From assembly GCA_950097015.1 (NCBI GenBank), contig CATNEN010000002.1, positions 1,302,001-1,366,000 of the forward strand: 64,000 bases of DNA. The letters run 5' to 3'. Position 1 is the stretch's first letter. Every line of letters begins with the position of its first letter. Below the pieces are notes generated by a model. The model worked only from the letters and a program-made list of their open reading frames with translations, was not told the DNA's origin and searched no databases. Of the stretch, positions 38,853-51,900 are shown in pieces. The stretch comes from Macrostomum hystrix. Taxonomy: Eukaryota > Animalia > Platyhelminthes. The position numbers were made by a program, and so were the translations under genes.

Positions 38853-39295
38853 GGTTCCTGGACACTTCGTCATCCAACCACTTTGTCATCCTATCATTTT
38901 GTCATCCATGAAACAGATTGGACATTTTGTTATCTAGCCAATCAAAGGAACTTAATATTTAGTCACTTTGTCATCTACAAATCCTCAATTCCCTGCTTCT
39001 ATCAATGAATTCAGACCTTCAATAAAAGTAGGTGCGCTGTGTGGAGTTGTCTTAGATTGGGTTTGGTGCTAAAATAAAGAAGGCAGGTTGTAGGTGCACT
39101 GTGTGGAGTCAACTTAAGGGGTGATGGCTAAAATTGCCTTCCTAAATTCCTAAAATTGCTAAAAGGCACGTTGCCTTCAATAAAGATAGGTGTGCTGTGT
39201 CTACAAATTTTGGATACTTGTCTTTGTCATCTTGCTAAAATTCAGAATAAAAAATTGGTCGCTTCGTCATCTAGATGACAAAGTGTCCAGGAACC
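38853..39295. mobile_element. MITE, 443 bp, 22-bp TIRs
   Basis: GGTTCCTGGACACTTCGTCATC ... GATGACAAAGTGTCCAGGAACC (1 mismatch); subterminal CACTTTGTCATC repeats. Flanks GTACAGAGT / ATGTAGAGT (6/9 match, all differences transitions). Confidence 0.8.
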
Positions 39296-40605
39296 ATGTA
39301 GAGTTTGTCTTCTATTGCTATCATGCATCAGTTAGGGATACTTAGGCCTATCCTATACTATACTGTAGGTCACCTGGAATATCCTATGTCCCCTTACATC
39401 CCCTGTACAGTTAGTTTTTTTATATACTGAGAATATCCTTTAGTGACTTCTGGATTCTAGTCTAGTTTTTTGTCAATCAAAACATAATAGATAACAACAT
39501 TATACTGTCAAAATGAATTCAGTTCCAAAAAAGCTGTATATTAACTATTGTTATAAGGTTTTTTTATATTAATTTGGCTGACCACTTAGGCAGTTCATAG
39601 ATCAGTCTCATGGATTGAAGTCACAGTCAAGAAGCTAGTGATTGGACTATAGGACTAGTGGCTTGATGGTATAGCAGTTGCTTATGCAATGGTGCTCCAT
39701 TGTGTACTAGCAAGTGGTCCTGCTATGCCAGCCATTGTGTCATAATATTATTGTCACATGCATTCTGCCATATCTCTTTGCAGCCCCTTAAGTTGCAAGC
39801 TTTCCCTATGGCTTGCAAAAGCAGGTGTTGGCCAATTCCATGTCCTGTCTCTTGAGAAAATCATCCAATGCTCTAGCATTGCTGTTCTGATATAGCATGG
39901 CAAAGAGTATAGCATGAGTCTCCAAGAATGGCTGCAGTGCAGCTCTGTCTCAATGTAGCTTGTATTCTTAGTTTGCTTAATGTTTCACTGGCAGGTTGCT
40001 TTTTTGGTTGTCAAAATTGCTTGTTTTTGTTCTAATTTAGGCGATTTTAGTTTTTTAATTGCTTTACATTTAAGCAAATAGTTTCCCTTTAGAGATACAG
40101 TAAATTATTTCAAATTTAAATCAGTTTAAACTAATTATATTTAAGGATATTTTGTGTTAAAACAACAGTCATTGGAAAATATTTACCATATTAAAACAAT
40201 TCAGGCACTAATTTAATATAGGCCCACTACATGAACAACATATAAGCACTTTATAACAAAAGGATAAACAATAACAATAGACTTTATGATTAACAATACA
40301 CTAAACATGCTTTTTTAATTTGTTGAAATTTGAAATTAGTACTGTCTTTTACAAAAAATATTAAAGAATTATAACAATCAAAATTGTTACAAAACACTTT
40401 TAACTTGATTAAAAAAATGTTGTACAGACCACACTTTAGACAGCTTTAAATAATAATTAATTGGATATTAATCTAATTGTGACATTGTGAGTTTTTTGGT
40501 TTGGTACCCAATTCAGGTGATAGTAATTTGGATGTGGTTATAGAGAAGTGAAGAAACTTGGCGACTTAAATATTAGTCCAACTTTACTACTATTTCAGCA
40601 GTAGT

Positions 40606-41954
<1,349 letters not shown>

Positions 41955-42145
41955 GCTTCTTGTATTGCTTTTTTTGAATTACAACTTTCACCTTAGTTGC
42001 TAATGAAATGGTAAAAGAGCTGATAAATTTCAGTAGCATCGTTTTAATTAAACAACGTTTGATTGCTACTTACCTGGAATCAAGCGTCTTTGCTGACTTG
42101 TTCCTTCACTTTTAAAGAAAACAGATTAGGAATAGAAATTACACA

Positions 42146-42665
42146 TCAGATTTGATTCCGTTAGTTTCTCCCGGATCCTCAGATTTGATTCCGTTAGTTT
42201 CTCCCGGATCCTCAGATTTGATTCCGTTAGTTTCTCCCGGATCCTCAGATTTGATTCCGTTAGTTTCTCCCGGATCCTCAGATTTGATTCCGTTAGTTTC
42301 TCCCGGATCCTCAGATTTGATTCCGTTAGTTTCTCCCGGATCCTCAGATTTGATTCCGTTAGTTTCTCCCGGATCCTCAGATTTGATTCCGTTAGTTTCT
42401 CTCGGATCCTCAGATTTGATTCCGTTAGTTTCTGCCAGATCCTCAGATTTGATTCCGTTTGTTTCTCTCGGATCCTCAGATTTGATTCCGTTTGTTTCTG
42501 CCAGATCCTCAGATTTGATTCCGTTAGTTTCTGCCGGATCCTTAGATTTGGTTCCGTTAGTTTCTGCCGGATCCTTAGATTTGGTTCCGTTAGGTTCTCC
42601 CGGGTCCTCAGATTTGAATCCGTTAGTTTCTCTCGGATCCTCAGATTTGATTCCTATATTTTCTG
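42146..42665. repeat. Minisatellite, 33-bp unit, between RPS23 and the orphan gene
   Basis: Unit GATTTGATTCCGTTAGTTTCTCCCGGATCCTCA. Confidence 0.94.
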
Positions 42666-42892
42666 GGATCTTCAGAATTAATTTCGTTAGTTTTCCGTAA
42701 CTCAGACTTTTTTATATCTTGATAAAAATTTCGAGAATCGGGAAACAAACCTGGACGCTTTTCCTTTCAGAATGCTAAGTAAAGTCAAGGTCAACAAGAC
42801 AACATGATCTTTTGATTCTTGTTCACCGTTATCAAAGAATCTGATTGAATAATTAAAAGTAGTTAACTAAACTGGTTAAGTCCGCGTCAGCC

Positions 42893-45800
42893 ATGCTAGC
42901 CATGTCTGCGTCGCCAGCCCAGCTGCACTCAAACTCTTGCTCAATAATTTCCGAATTGGCAACTTCGCAAGATTCTTCTGAGTCCTCCGAATCCGAAGAC
43001 GAATTTGTCAATGTGATTGTCAATAGAGACGCTGTGAATCTGAGCATCTCTCAGGCTAGAGCTGGACTGGAGGCCGCCAGCAACACTTCAAATCACAGCA
43101 GCGGGTGGACTCCACCGGCTGCTAGAAAGCAGCAGCAGCAGCATCGCTGGTCACATTCTCACAGTCAGCGCGCTTATCAGAACCGTAGAAATAACAATAA
43201 TACAATTAGTCACAATAATAATACCAATGGCGCGCGTCGCAATCATTACAATCCTCAATCTGATCACCTGCCGGCAGCAATGAGCTGTCTTTCGCTTGCC
43301 AATGACGACAATGACGATAATCATCAAACTGGTCACAATAAAAATGACACCAATGACCAACGGGACGATCAGTCCGTTAATGACGTCGAAGATAAGCACG
43401 TCCATGCTCAGCAACCGTCTGCTCGCCATCAACGCGACAAGTCTCACGCTAGTCATCCTCATAGCCAGCCATTCGTCGCGCATCATTCCTTATCTTCCGG
43501 CGACAAATATCCGCCTCGGCCTTGGCTGCGTCGGCCCGCAGTTGGTGAACACGAGGTCGATTTCAATCAGCCAGATCGTGCAGGGCAGAGGTATAATCGT
43601 CGTCGGAAGCCGCCGATGCCGCCTTGGAATCAGCAGCGCTGCTGCCAGTATGCCGGGCCACCGCCTGCACCTCCGCCGCCTCACCAGCACCAGAATCCGA
43701 TGCTTTCTTCATCGGCGTCTGCCGCTTCGTCTCGATCGCGATCTGCATCTCCGGCAACTGCCGCCGCAGCTATCGCAGGCTCTGGCTACAGACAAGGCGG
43801 CTTTGGAAGGCGCCGAACTCCAAGTTCCAATGTTGGTGCTTTAACGCCACCGCCGCCACCACCCCCACCTCCTTCGTCTGGTTATCATCAGCAGCCGCCA
43901 TTTCCGCCGCCTCCGCTGCCATTTCCAGCACCCTGCTGGCATCCAGCTGGCATGTTCTGGCCACCTCCGCCGATGCCTCCGCCATCGCATCTCCCGCCAC
44001 CGCAGCTGCCACATTCGCCGTTGACTTCCTCGCCGCATCACAATCACCATTATCATCATTGCTTTGCGTGGCCACCGCCCCCTTTACCGCCTTCGTTATC
44101 AACTTCGCAACAGCAACAGCAGCAGCAGCAGCAGCAGCAACAGACGCCTCAGTCGCCGCAGCAGCCTAACGCCAGTGCTGCCGCTGCTGCTGTTGCCGCC
44201 GCCGCTGCGGCCGCCGCCGCTGCAGCAGCCGCGGCCGCTTTCGGCAATGGCTCGACTCGGCCTCCGCCGTTGCCGCAGCCGCAGCCGCCTCCGCCTCCGT
44301 CGCATTCATCTGCAGCTGCGGCAGCTGCGGCGGCTGCGGCAGCTGCCTACGGTTACGTCCCCAATGCTGTCCTGCATCATGCTTATCAGCAGCAGCAGTA
44401 TTATCACCACCTTCATCAGCAATATTTGCAGCACCTGCAGATGCATCAACAGTACCTGCAACAGCAGCAGCAGCAGCAGCAGCGTACTGGGCCTTCAACA
44501 ACGTCCATGCCTTCATCAGCGTCCATGCCTGCATCTTTATCAACATTGTCAGCAACTTCAGTTGCCGTCACAGTGGCGCCTCCGAGGCCAAGTTCCAGGT
44601 TTGTCATCTTAATCTTTATTTTCTAATCTGTTAACCTTCTGTACAGTCAGTTCATTGAATTTTTCATTAATCATGTTCTACCATCACCTGGCCTTTTTAG
44701 AGACGTTCTTCAACAATTGAAGGGTCAGTGTACGAGATTGCTTTTTTAACCTACTTAGTTTAGTAGAATTTTATGTCTATTTGATAAGTTTTTTTATCAA
44801 TTTTTGTCAGTTTTGCTTTTAATCATATAAAATCTGCATTTTACACCCTACACCCTACAATCTTAATAATTCTAAAGCTTTAATAGCCTACAAAGGTTCG
44901 CATAGGAATCCTAACTGAAATCCCATAATCACATCATATCCTAACTGAAATCCCATAATCCCATCATATCCCAGCTGAAATCCCAAAATCCCACCATATC
45001 CTAACTGAAATCCCATAATCCCATCATATCCCAGCTGAAATCCCATAATCCCATCATATCCTAACTGATATCCCATAATCCCATCATACCCTAACTGAAA
45101 TCCCGTAATCCCATCATATCCCAGCTGAAATCCCATAATCCCATCATATCTTAACTGAAATCCCATAATCCCATCATATCCCAGCTGAAATCCCATAATC
45201 TCATCATATCTTAACTGAAATCCCATAATCCCATCATATCCTAACTGAAATCCCATAATCCCATCATATCCCAGCTGAAATCCCATAATCCCATCATATC
45301 CTAACTGATATCCCATAATCCCATCATATCCCAGCTGAAATCCCATAATCCCATCATATCCTAACTGATATCCCATAATCCCATCATATCCCAGCTGAAA
45401 TCCCATAATCCCATCATATCCTAACAGATATCCCATAATCCCATCATATCCCAGCTGAAATCCCATAATCCCATCATATCCTAACAGATATCCCATAATC
45501 CCATCATATCCCAGCTGAAATCCCATAATCCCATCATATCCTAACTGATATCCCATAATCCCATCATATCCCAGCTGAAATCCCATAATCCCATCATATC
45601 CTAACTGATATCCCATAATCCCATCATATCCCAGCTGAAATCCCATAATCCCATCATATCCTAACTGATATCCCATAATCCCATCATATCCCAGCTGAAA
45701 TCCCATAATCCCATCATATCCTAACTGATATCCCATAATCCCATCATATCCCAGCTGAAATCCCATAATCCCATCATATCCTAACTGATATCCCATAATC

Positions 45801-47117
45801 CCATCATATCCCAGCTGAAATCCCATAATCCCATCATATCCTAACAGATATCCCATAATCCCATCATATCCCAGCTGAAATCCCAAAATCCCACCATATC
45901 CTAACTGAAATCCCATAATCCCATCATATCCCAGCTGAAATCCCATAATCCCATCATATCCTAACTGATATCCCATAATCCCATCATACCCTAACTGAAA
46001 TCCCGTAATCCCATCATATCCCAGCTGAAATCCCATAATCCCATCATATCTTAACTGAAATCCCATAATCCCATCATATCCCAGCTGAAATCCCATAATC
46101 TCATCATATCTTAACTGAAATCCCATAATCCCATCATATCCTAACTGAAATCCCATAATCCCATCATATCCCAGCTGAAATCCCATAATCCCATCATATC
46201 CTAACTGATATCCCATAATCCCATCATATCCCAGCTGAAATCCCATAATCCCATCATATCCTAACTGATATCCCATAATCCCATCATATCCCAGCTGAAA
46301 TCCCATAATCCCATCATATCCTAACAGATATCTTAAAATCCCATCATATCCCAGCTGAAATCCCATAATCCCATCATATCCTAACAGATATCCCATAATC
46401 CCATCATATCCCAGCTGAAATCCCATAATCCCATCATATCCTAACAGATATCCCATAATCCCATCATATCCCAGCTGAAATCCCATAATCCCATCATATC
46501 CTAACTGATATCCCATAATCCCATCATATCCCAGCTGAAATCCCATAATCCCATCATATCCTAACTGATATCCCATAATCCCATCATATCCCAGCTGAAA
46601 TCCCATAATCCCATCATATCCTAACTGATATCCCATAATAATCCCATAATTCTAGCCTAATTCTGTCTTCAAAATCCCATCAGAGATATAATATTCGCTC
46701 AAGTTTTAGAATCCCAATTCTCAATAATCCCATATCATAACGGAATCCGAGTAGACAAAATGAAATTCGCTCATTTCTGCAGACGCAGGCGTGAAGAATG
46801 TCCGCGTGAACGGAGTGTCCGCAGCTTCAGCATCGGCACAGGTACAGTCAACGCAGCCGGTTGTTGTGGCTGCAGTGCCGGCAGTGCCGAAGCAACTAGA
46901 AGAGGAAGCGATGCAGGCGGACTCGTCTGCTTCCCAGTCTCCGTCGAGCGCCGCCGAGGTGTCCGCCGCGGATGACACGGCCAGCTGTGCGTACAGGCCC
47001 GCCAGAGCTGTCCTGGACACTGCCACCAGCGCTGTGGGATTCTACAATCGGGAGGAGAATTTCGACGTTCTGTCGGCGATTTTGCATCGAATTCATCGCA
47101 ACGGAGCTGCGGATTGA
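42893..47117 (+). CDS. Orphan low-complexity (N/H/P/Q/A-rich) protein, about 687 aa; exons 42893-44598, 44701-44723 (micro-exon), 46783-47117
   Basis: 1.7-kb GC-rich ORF ending at AG|GTTTGT (phase 2). A 23-nt exon TTTTTAG|AGACG...AAGG|GTCAGT converts phase 2 to phase 1 and joins the last exon, which ends FYNREENFDVLSAILHRIHRNGAAD*. Total 2064 nt, divisible by 3. No recognised domain. Confidence 0.7.
44895..46650. repeat. Intronic minisatellite, 30-bp unit arranged as a 60-bp dimer, with a 900-bp internal duplication
   Basis: Alternating CTAACTGATA/CCAGCTGAAA + TCCCATAATCCCATCATATC; rare variants recur exactly 900 bp apart (44981/45881, 45101/46001). Confidence 0.97.
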
Positions 47118-47784
47118 AATTTCAGACTGCCAGACTGTTCACTTTTTAATTTTCCTTTTTCCAAAGAAATTGATGCCATTGAAAATAGATTGTAAAAAAT
47201 AATTAGCATTTGTCTTCTTTTCCAAATGGAAAAATTGCTACAATACTACTGACCTGGCTCGTGTTTGTACAGTAGTATTTTATTTAAAAGCAAAAAAATT
47301 ATTATATTCATAATTCATATTCGCGATTCATAATCCATCTCTCCAATGCCAAGTTAATTTGTTTACCAGAAAATCAAGATACTTCTCTAAAAAATATTTT
47401 TTGTAAAAAGTTTGTTTAATTTTTAAGGCGCCCTTTTTCCAGCGCGTTGTCGTGTAGGAGAGGCAAAATCTCATTGCTATTTTTCGCATTTAAGCGCCTT
47501 CGACTTCGGCACTATTTTTACTTTATGATCCAATTGGTGAATTTTGTCTTTGTGAAAAAGCTTGCTTAGAAAAATTTCCACTAAATAGCATAGCATTTAT
47601 TATTATATAATAAAGCATTTCTTTGTGTTGAGGCGAGCCGTCGAACTACCAATAGTTTATCGTGATATTTGTCGAATTTGTTCGTAATAGGAAAAACTTG
47701 TTAAGTTCTATGCGTTCCCAGACTTAATGATTTTGTTTGACCATCTGACATTGTCATGTTAATTTGGGATTGCCTTCTCACACC

Positions 47785-48422
47785 GTTAGGATTTGAGATG
47801 TCGGCCTTCTCAAATGGTCAGGTTTTGGGATGTCGGCCTTCTTAAATGGTCAGGTTTTGAGATGTGGGCCTTCTCAAATGGTCAGGTTTTGAGATGTGGG
47901 CCTTCTCAAATGGTCAGGTTTTGAGATGTCGGCCTTCTCATATCGTCAGGTTTTGAAATGTGGGCCTTCTCATATCGTCAGGTTTTGAGATGTCGGCCTT
48001 CTCAAATGGTCAGGTTTTGAGATGTCGTCGTTCTCACATCGTCAGGTTTTGAAATGTCGTCCTTCCCATCGTCAGGTTTTGAAATGTCGTCCTTCTCACA
48101 TCGTCAGGTTTTGAAATGTCGTCCTTCCCATCGTCAGGTTTTGAAATGTCGTCCTTCTCACATCGTCAGGTTTTGAGATGTCGGCCTTCCCATCGTCAGG
48201 TTTTGAAATGTCGTCCTTCTCACATCGTCAGGTTTTGAGATGTCGGCCTTCTCACATCGTCAGGTTTTGAAATGTCGGCCTTCTCACATCGTCAGGTTTT
48301 GAAATGTCGGCCTTCTCACATCGTCAGGTTTTGAGATGTCGGCCTTCTCACATCGTCAGGTTTTGAAATGTCGGCCTTCTCAAATCGTCAGGTTTTGCGA
48401 TGTTGGCCTTGTCACATCGTCA
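47785..48422. repeat. Minisatellite, about 32-bp unit, upstream of GAA
   Basis: Unit TGTCGGCCTTCTCACATCGTCAGGTTTTGAAA. Confidence 0.94.
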
Positions 48423-48547
48423 GAGAGAAATTCGAGCAATTAGCGTCAGGGTGTCCATTGTGGCCTAGTTCCACCTGTGGTAGCCTTTGAGTAAAAGGTC
48501 CAGCAAATCCGTCTAGATGAAGGTAGGTGACCACCGAAGACGGATAT
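48421..48547 (-). repeat. Dispersed about 125-bp element, copy B
   Basis: Reverse complement aligns with 16521-16640; abuts the end of the 32-bp array. Confidence 0.85.
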
Positions 48548-48920
48548 GGGGAAGCAAAAGCAAACGACTTGATTTTTGCTTCAGAAGATGCGCAACAAAA
48601 GTTGGCCCGTGTTCTTGAGTTTCGTGTGCTTGCATTGCTCCGTTCGGGTGCAGCACAAAAACAGTTTAACATGATTCGCACGACTGCGAATTGCACGCGA
48701 ATTGCAAACCAAGCACTATAAATCTTCTCTATGCTTCCCTGCGCAATAAATTAGTGTACACATGCGACCTCGAAATTTAATTGGGTGCAGTTACACTGCA
48801 CATGAACGACCGCGCTGAACCGCTTGACCAATGAAATTAACCAATGAAGTATTTAATGAGACTGACTTCAACTCGATAGCTTGAGACTGCATTTCTGCGA
48901 TACTTAGAAAATTAAGCATC

Positions 48921-51900
48921 ATGTTAATAAGACTACAATCTCTGCTACTGGCTTACTGCCTACTGTCAGCAGCATCTGCTGGCCCGGCTGGTCCGACCCA
49001 ATGCTCCTCCGTTCCGCACTCAAGTCGCGTCGACTGCTGGCCGGAGATTGACGGCGCCAGCAAGGATGCCTGTCTGAGCCGCGGCTGCTGCTGGCGAGAC
49101 GACAGCGATAAAGTCAACGATGACTCGGAGCCGTTCTGCTATTATCCCAGCGACTATGCAGCCTACAGGCTGACGCGAACCCCTGCCGCTGGCTTGGAAT
49201 CGGCGCTCCTGTTTGTGCGAGACCACCCCAGCTCAGATAAATGGCCTCCGTCCACCGTGTATAACCAGGTGAGCTCATCTAGTTATGGAGAACACCTGTG
49301 TAACATGTTAGACAAGGCTGTTACACACTGATCTGACTGTAACATGTTAGACAAGACGGTTGGTTACACACGGATCTGACTGTAACATGTGAGACAAGAC
49401 TGTTACACAATCAAACCTGACTGAAACATGTTAGACATGACTGTTACACACTAATCTGACTGTAATATGTTAGACCAGACTGTTACACAATCAAACCTGA
49501 CTGAAACATGTTAGGCAAGACTGCTAAAGACATATATTACTGTAGCAATGCAGTGTTAAGTGTCTTGCTAAAGGACACAAATTGTTCCAGTGGAGTCACG
49601 AATCGAACCCCCGACCTTCAAGTCGTGAGTCCTAGGCTCTAACCACAGGGCTGCAACCTCCCATGCAGGTGTCGTTAACCGTGTCCGCCTATTCGGATCG
49701 AGTGGCGCGAATTCAGATCGCGGACAAGCCGGACACGCAGCGCTGGCAGGTGCCACTGCCACTGTTTGGTCAGGCCGCCAAGTCGGCCAGCCCGCAGTTC
49801 TCGGTGGAAACCCCCGACACGGCCGGGGACAAGTTCTTTGTCCGGCTGACTCGCAACTCGGACGGTTGGCCGTTGTTTGACACAGGCTCCGACTCGGCGG
49901 CCTTCGGACCTCTGCTGTTTGCCGACCAGTTCATCCAGGTAACCAGCTCACCATGTACCCACCCGATAATAATAGTAATAATAATAATAATTGCAGGAGG
50001 GCTGCGGGCAATGGCACATCATTTAGTGACACTAGACCCGCAGCCAGCGAGGAGGCAATTCTGCCCATTTCGCTAAATCCTGAGCACACACGCACACAAA
50101 TACTGTACACAGGTACACGCTCACACAGGTGTGTACATCTGCCCTGACTTTCTCATCGTGCCTTGGAGGTTGGCCCTCAGGGACATTAATTGCACGACAA
50201 GCCATCAAGCCTTCTCGCCGCGTCTGCGACCCAAATAAATGTGGCCTCGCCGCAGAATTGAGCTGAGGTACGAGATCGAGGCTCTGACACCGACCCCGCA
50301 TCCCACCCTATAATATTCCCATCCCATCATATTCCCATCCCATCATATTCCCATCCCATCATATTCCCATCCCATCATATTCCCATCCCATCATATTCCC
50401 ATCCCATCATATTCCCATCCCATCATATTCCCATCCCATCATATTCCCATCCAATCATATTCCCATCTCATCATATTCCCATCCCATCATATTCCCATCC
50501 CATCATATTCCCATCCCATCATATTCCCATCCCATCATATTCCCATCCCATCACATTCCCATCCCATCATATTCCCATCCCATCATATTCCCACCCATCC
50601 ATTCTTCCAGCTTTCAATCGGCCTGTCAGCGGAGGTTGTCTATGGCCTTGGCGAGCACCTGGGTCCATTCGCGAAGCCCCTTAACCAGTGGCGCCGCCTC
50701 GTACTGTGGAATCACGACGCTGAGCCGATGCCAAACGAGAATCTGTACGGATCTCACAACTTCCTGTTGGCCGTTGGGTCAGGTGGCAAAGCCTTCGGCA
50801 TCTTTCTGCTCAACAGCAACGCCCAGGAGGTGATGCTGCAGCCGCGGCAGGGTAAAACAGCCACCGTCACCTACCGCACTATTGGCGGCATTTTGGACTT
50901 CTTCGTGTTTGTCGGCCCGACGCCGAAGGATGTGATCGCCCAGTACCACGGCCTGATCGGCCTGCCCCTCATGCCGCCACTATGGTCTCTGGGATATCAC
51001 CTCTGCCGCTACGGCTTCGGCACTTTGGACAGGCTAAAGTACATCTATGAGAGAAACGTTCGGATCAACATCCCCATCGATGTGATGTGGGCTGACATCG
51101 ACTACATGGACGAATACAAGGTTACCGGTTATATATGTTAGAGATGGACCTGTTTTAGTCGTTCCTGACCTGTTAGACGCGATTCTGCAACCTGTTAGAC
51201 ACGATCCTCCTACCTGTTAGACATGATACTCCTACCTGTTAGACACGATACTCCTACCTGTTAGACACGATACTCCTACCTGTTAGACACGATTCTCTCA
51301 ACTGTTAGACACGATCCTCCTACCTGTTAGACACGATCCTCCTACCTGTTAGACACGATCCTCCTACCTGTTAGATACGATTCTAGAAAACCTGTTAGAC
51401 ACGATTCTCTCAACTGTTAGACACGATCCTCCTACCTGTTAGACACGATCCTCCTACCTGTTAGACACGTTCCTCCTACCTGTTAGATACGATTCTAGAA
51501 AACCTGTTAGACGCGATCCTCCTACCTGTTAGATACGATTCTAGAAAACCTGTTAGACGCGATCCTCCTACCTGTTAGACACGATTCCCCTACCTGTTAG
51601 ACATTGCTCTCCACTGTTAATCAGAATCCCATGGACCCACCATAGGACTGGACGGTCGGCGCCGCTAAGTTCGGCGGCCTGGACGCATTCATCAATCAGA
51701 TGCACGGTCAGCACCGCTCCTTCGTGGTGATTGTTGATCCGGGCATCAAGAACAATGCGCCAGGGTATCCGGCCTACGATTTAGGCCTCGAGATGGGCGT
51801 CTTCATGCGCAACGCTGACAACAAATCCTACATTGTGGGCAAGGTCTGGCCCGGAGAAGTGCTCTGGCCTGACTTCACGCATCCCAATGCCACGGTGAGA

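Noticed and set aside
44888-46636. 582-aa GYDGIMGFQL repeat ORF resembling a structural or adhesive protein
   Set aside because: Antisense reading of a 30-bp intronic array whose unit lacks stops; no signal peptide or unique flanking sequence.
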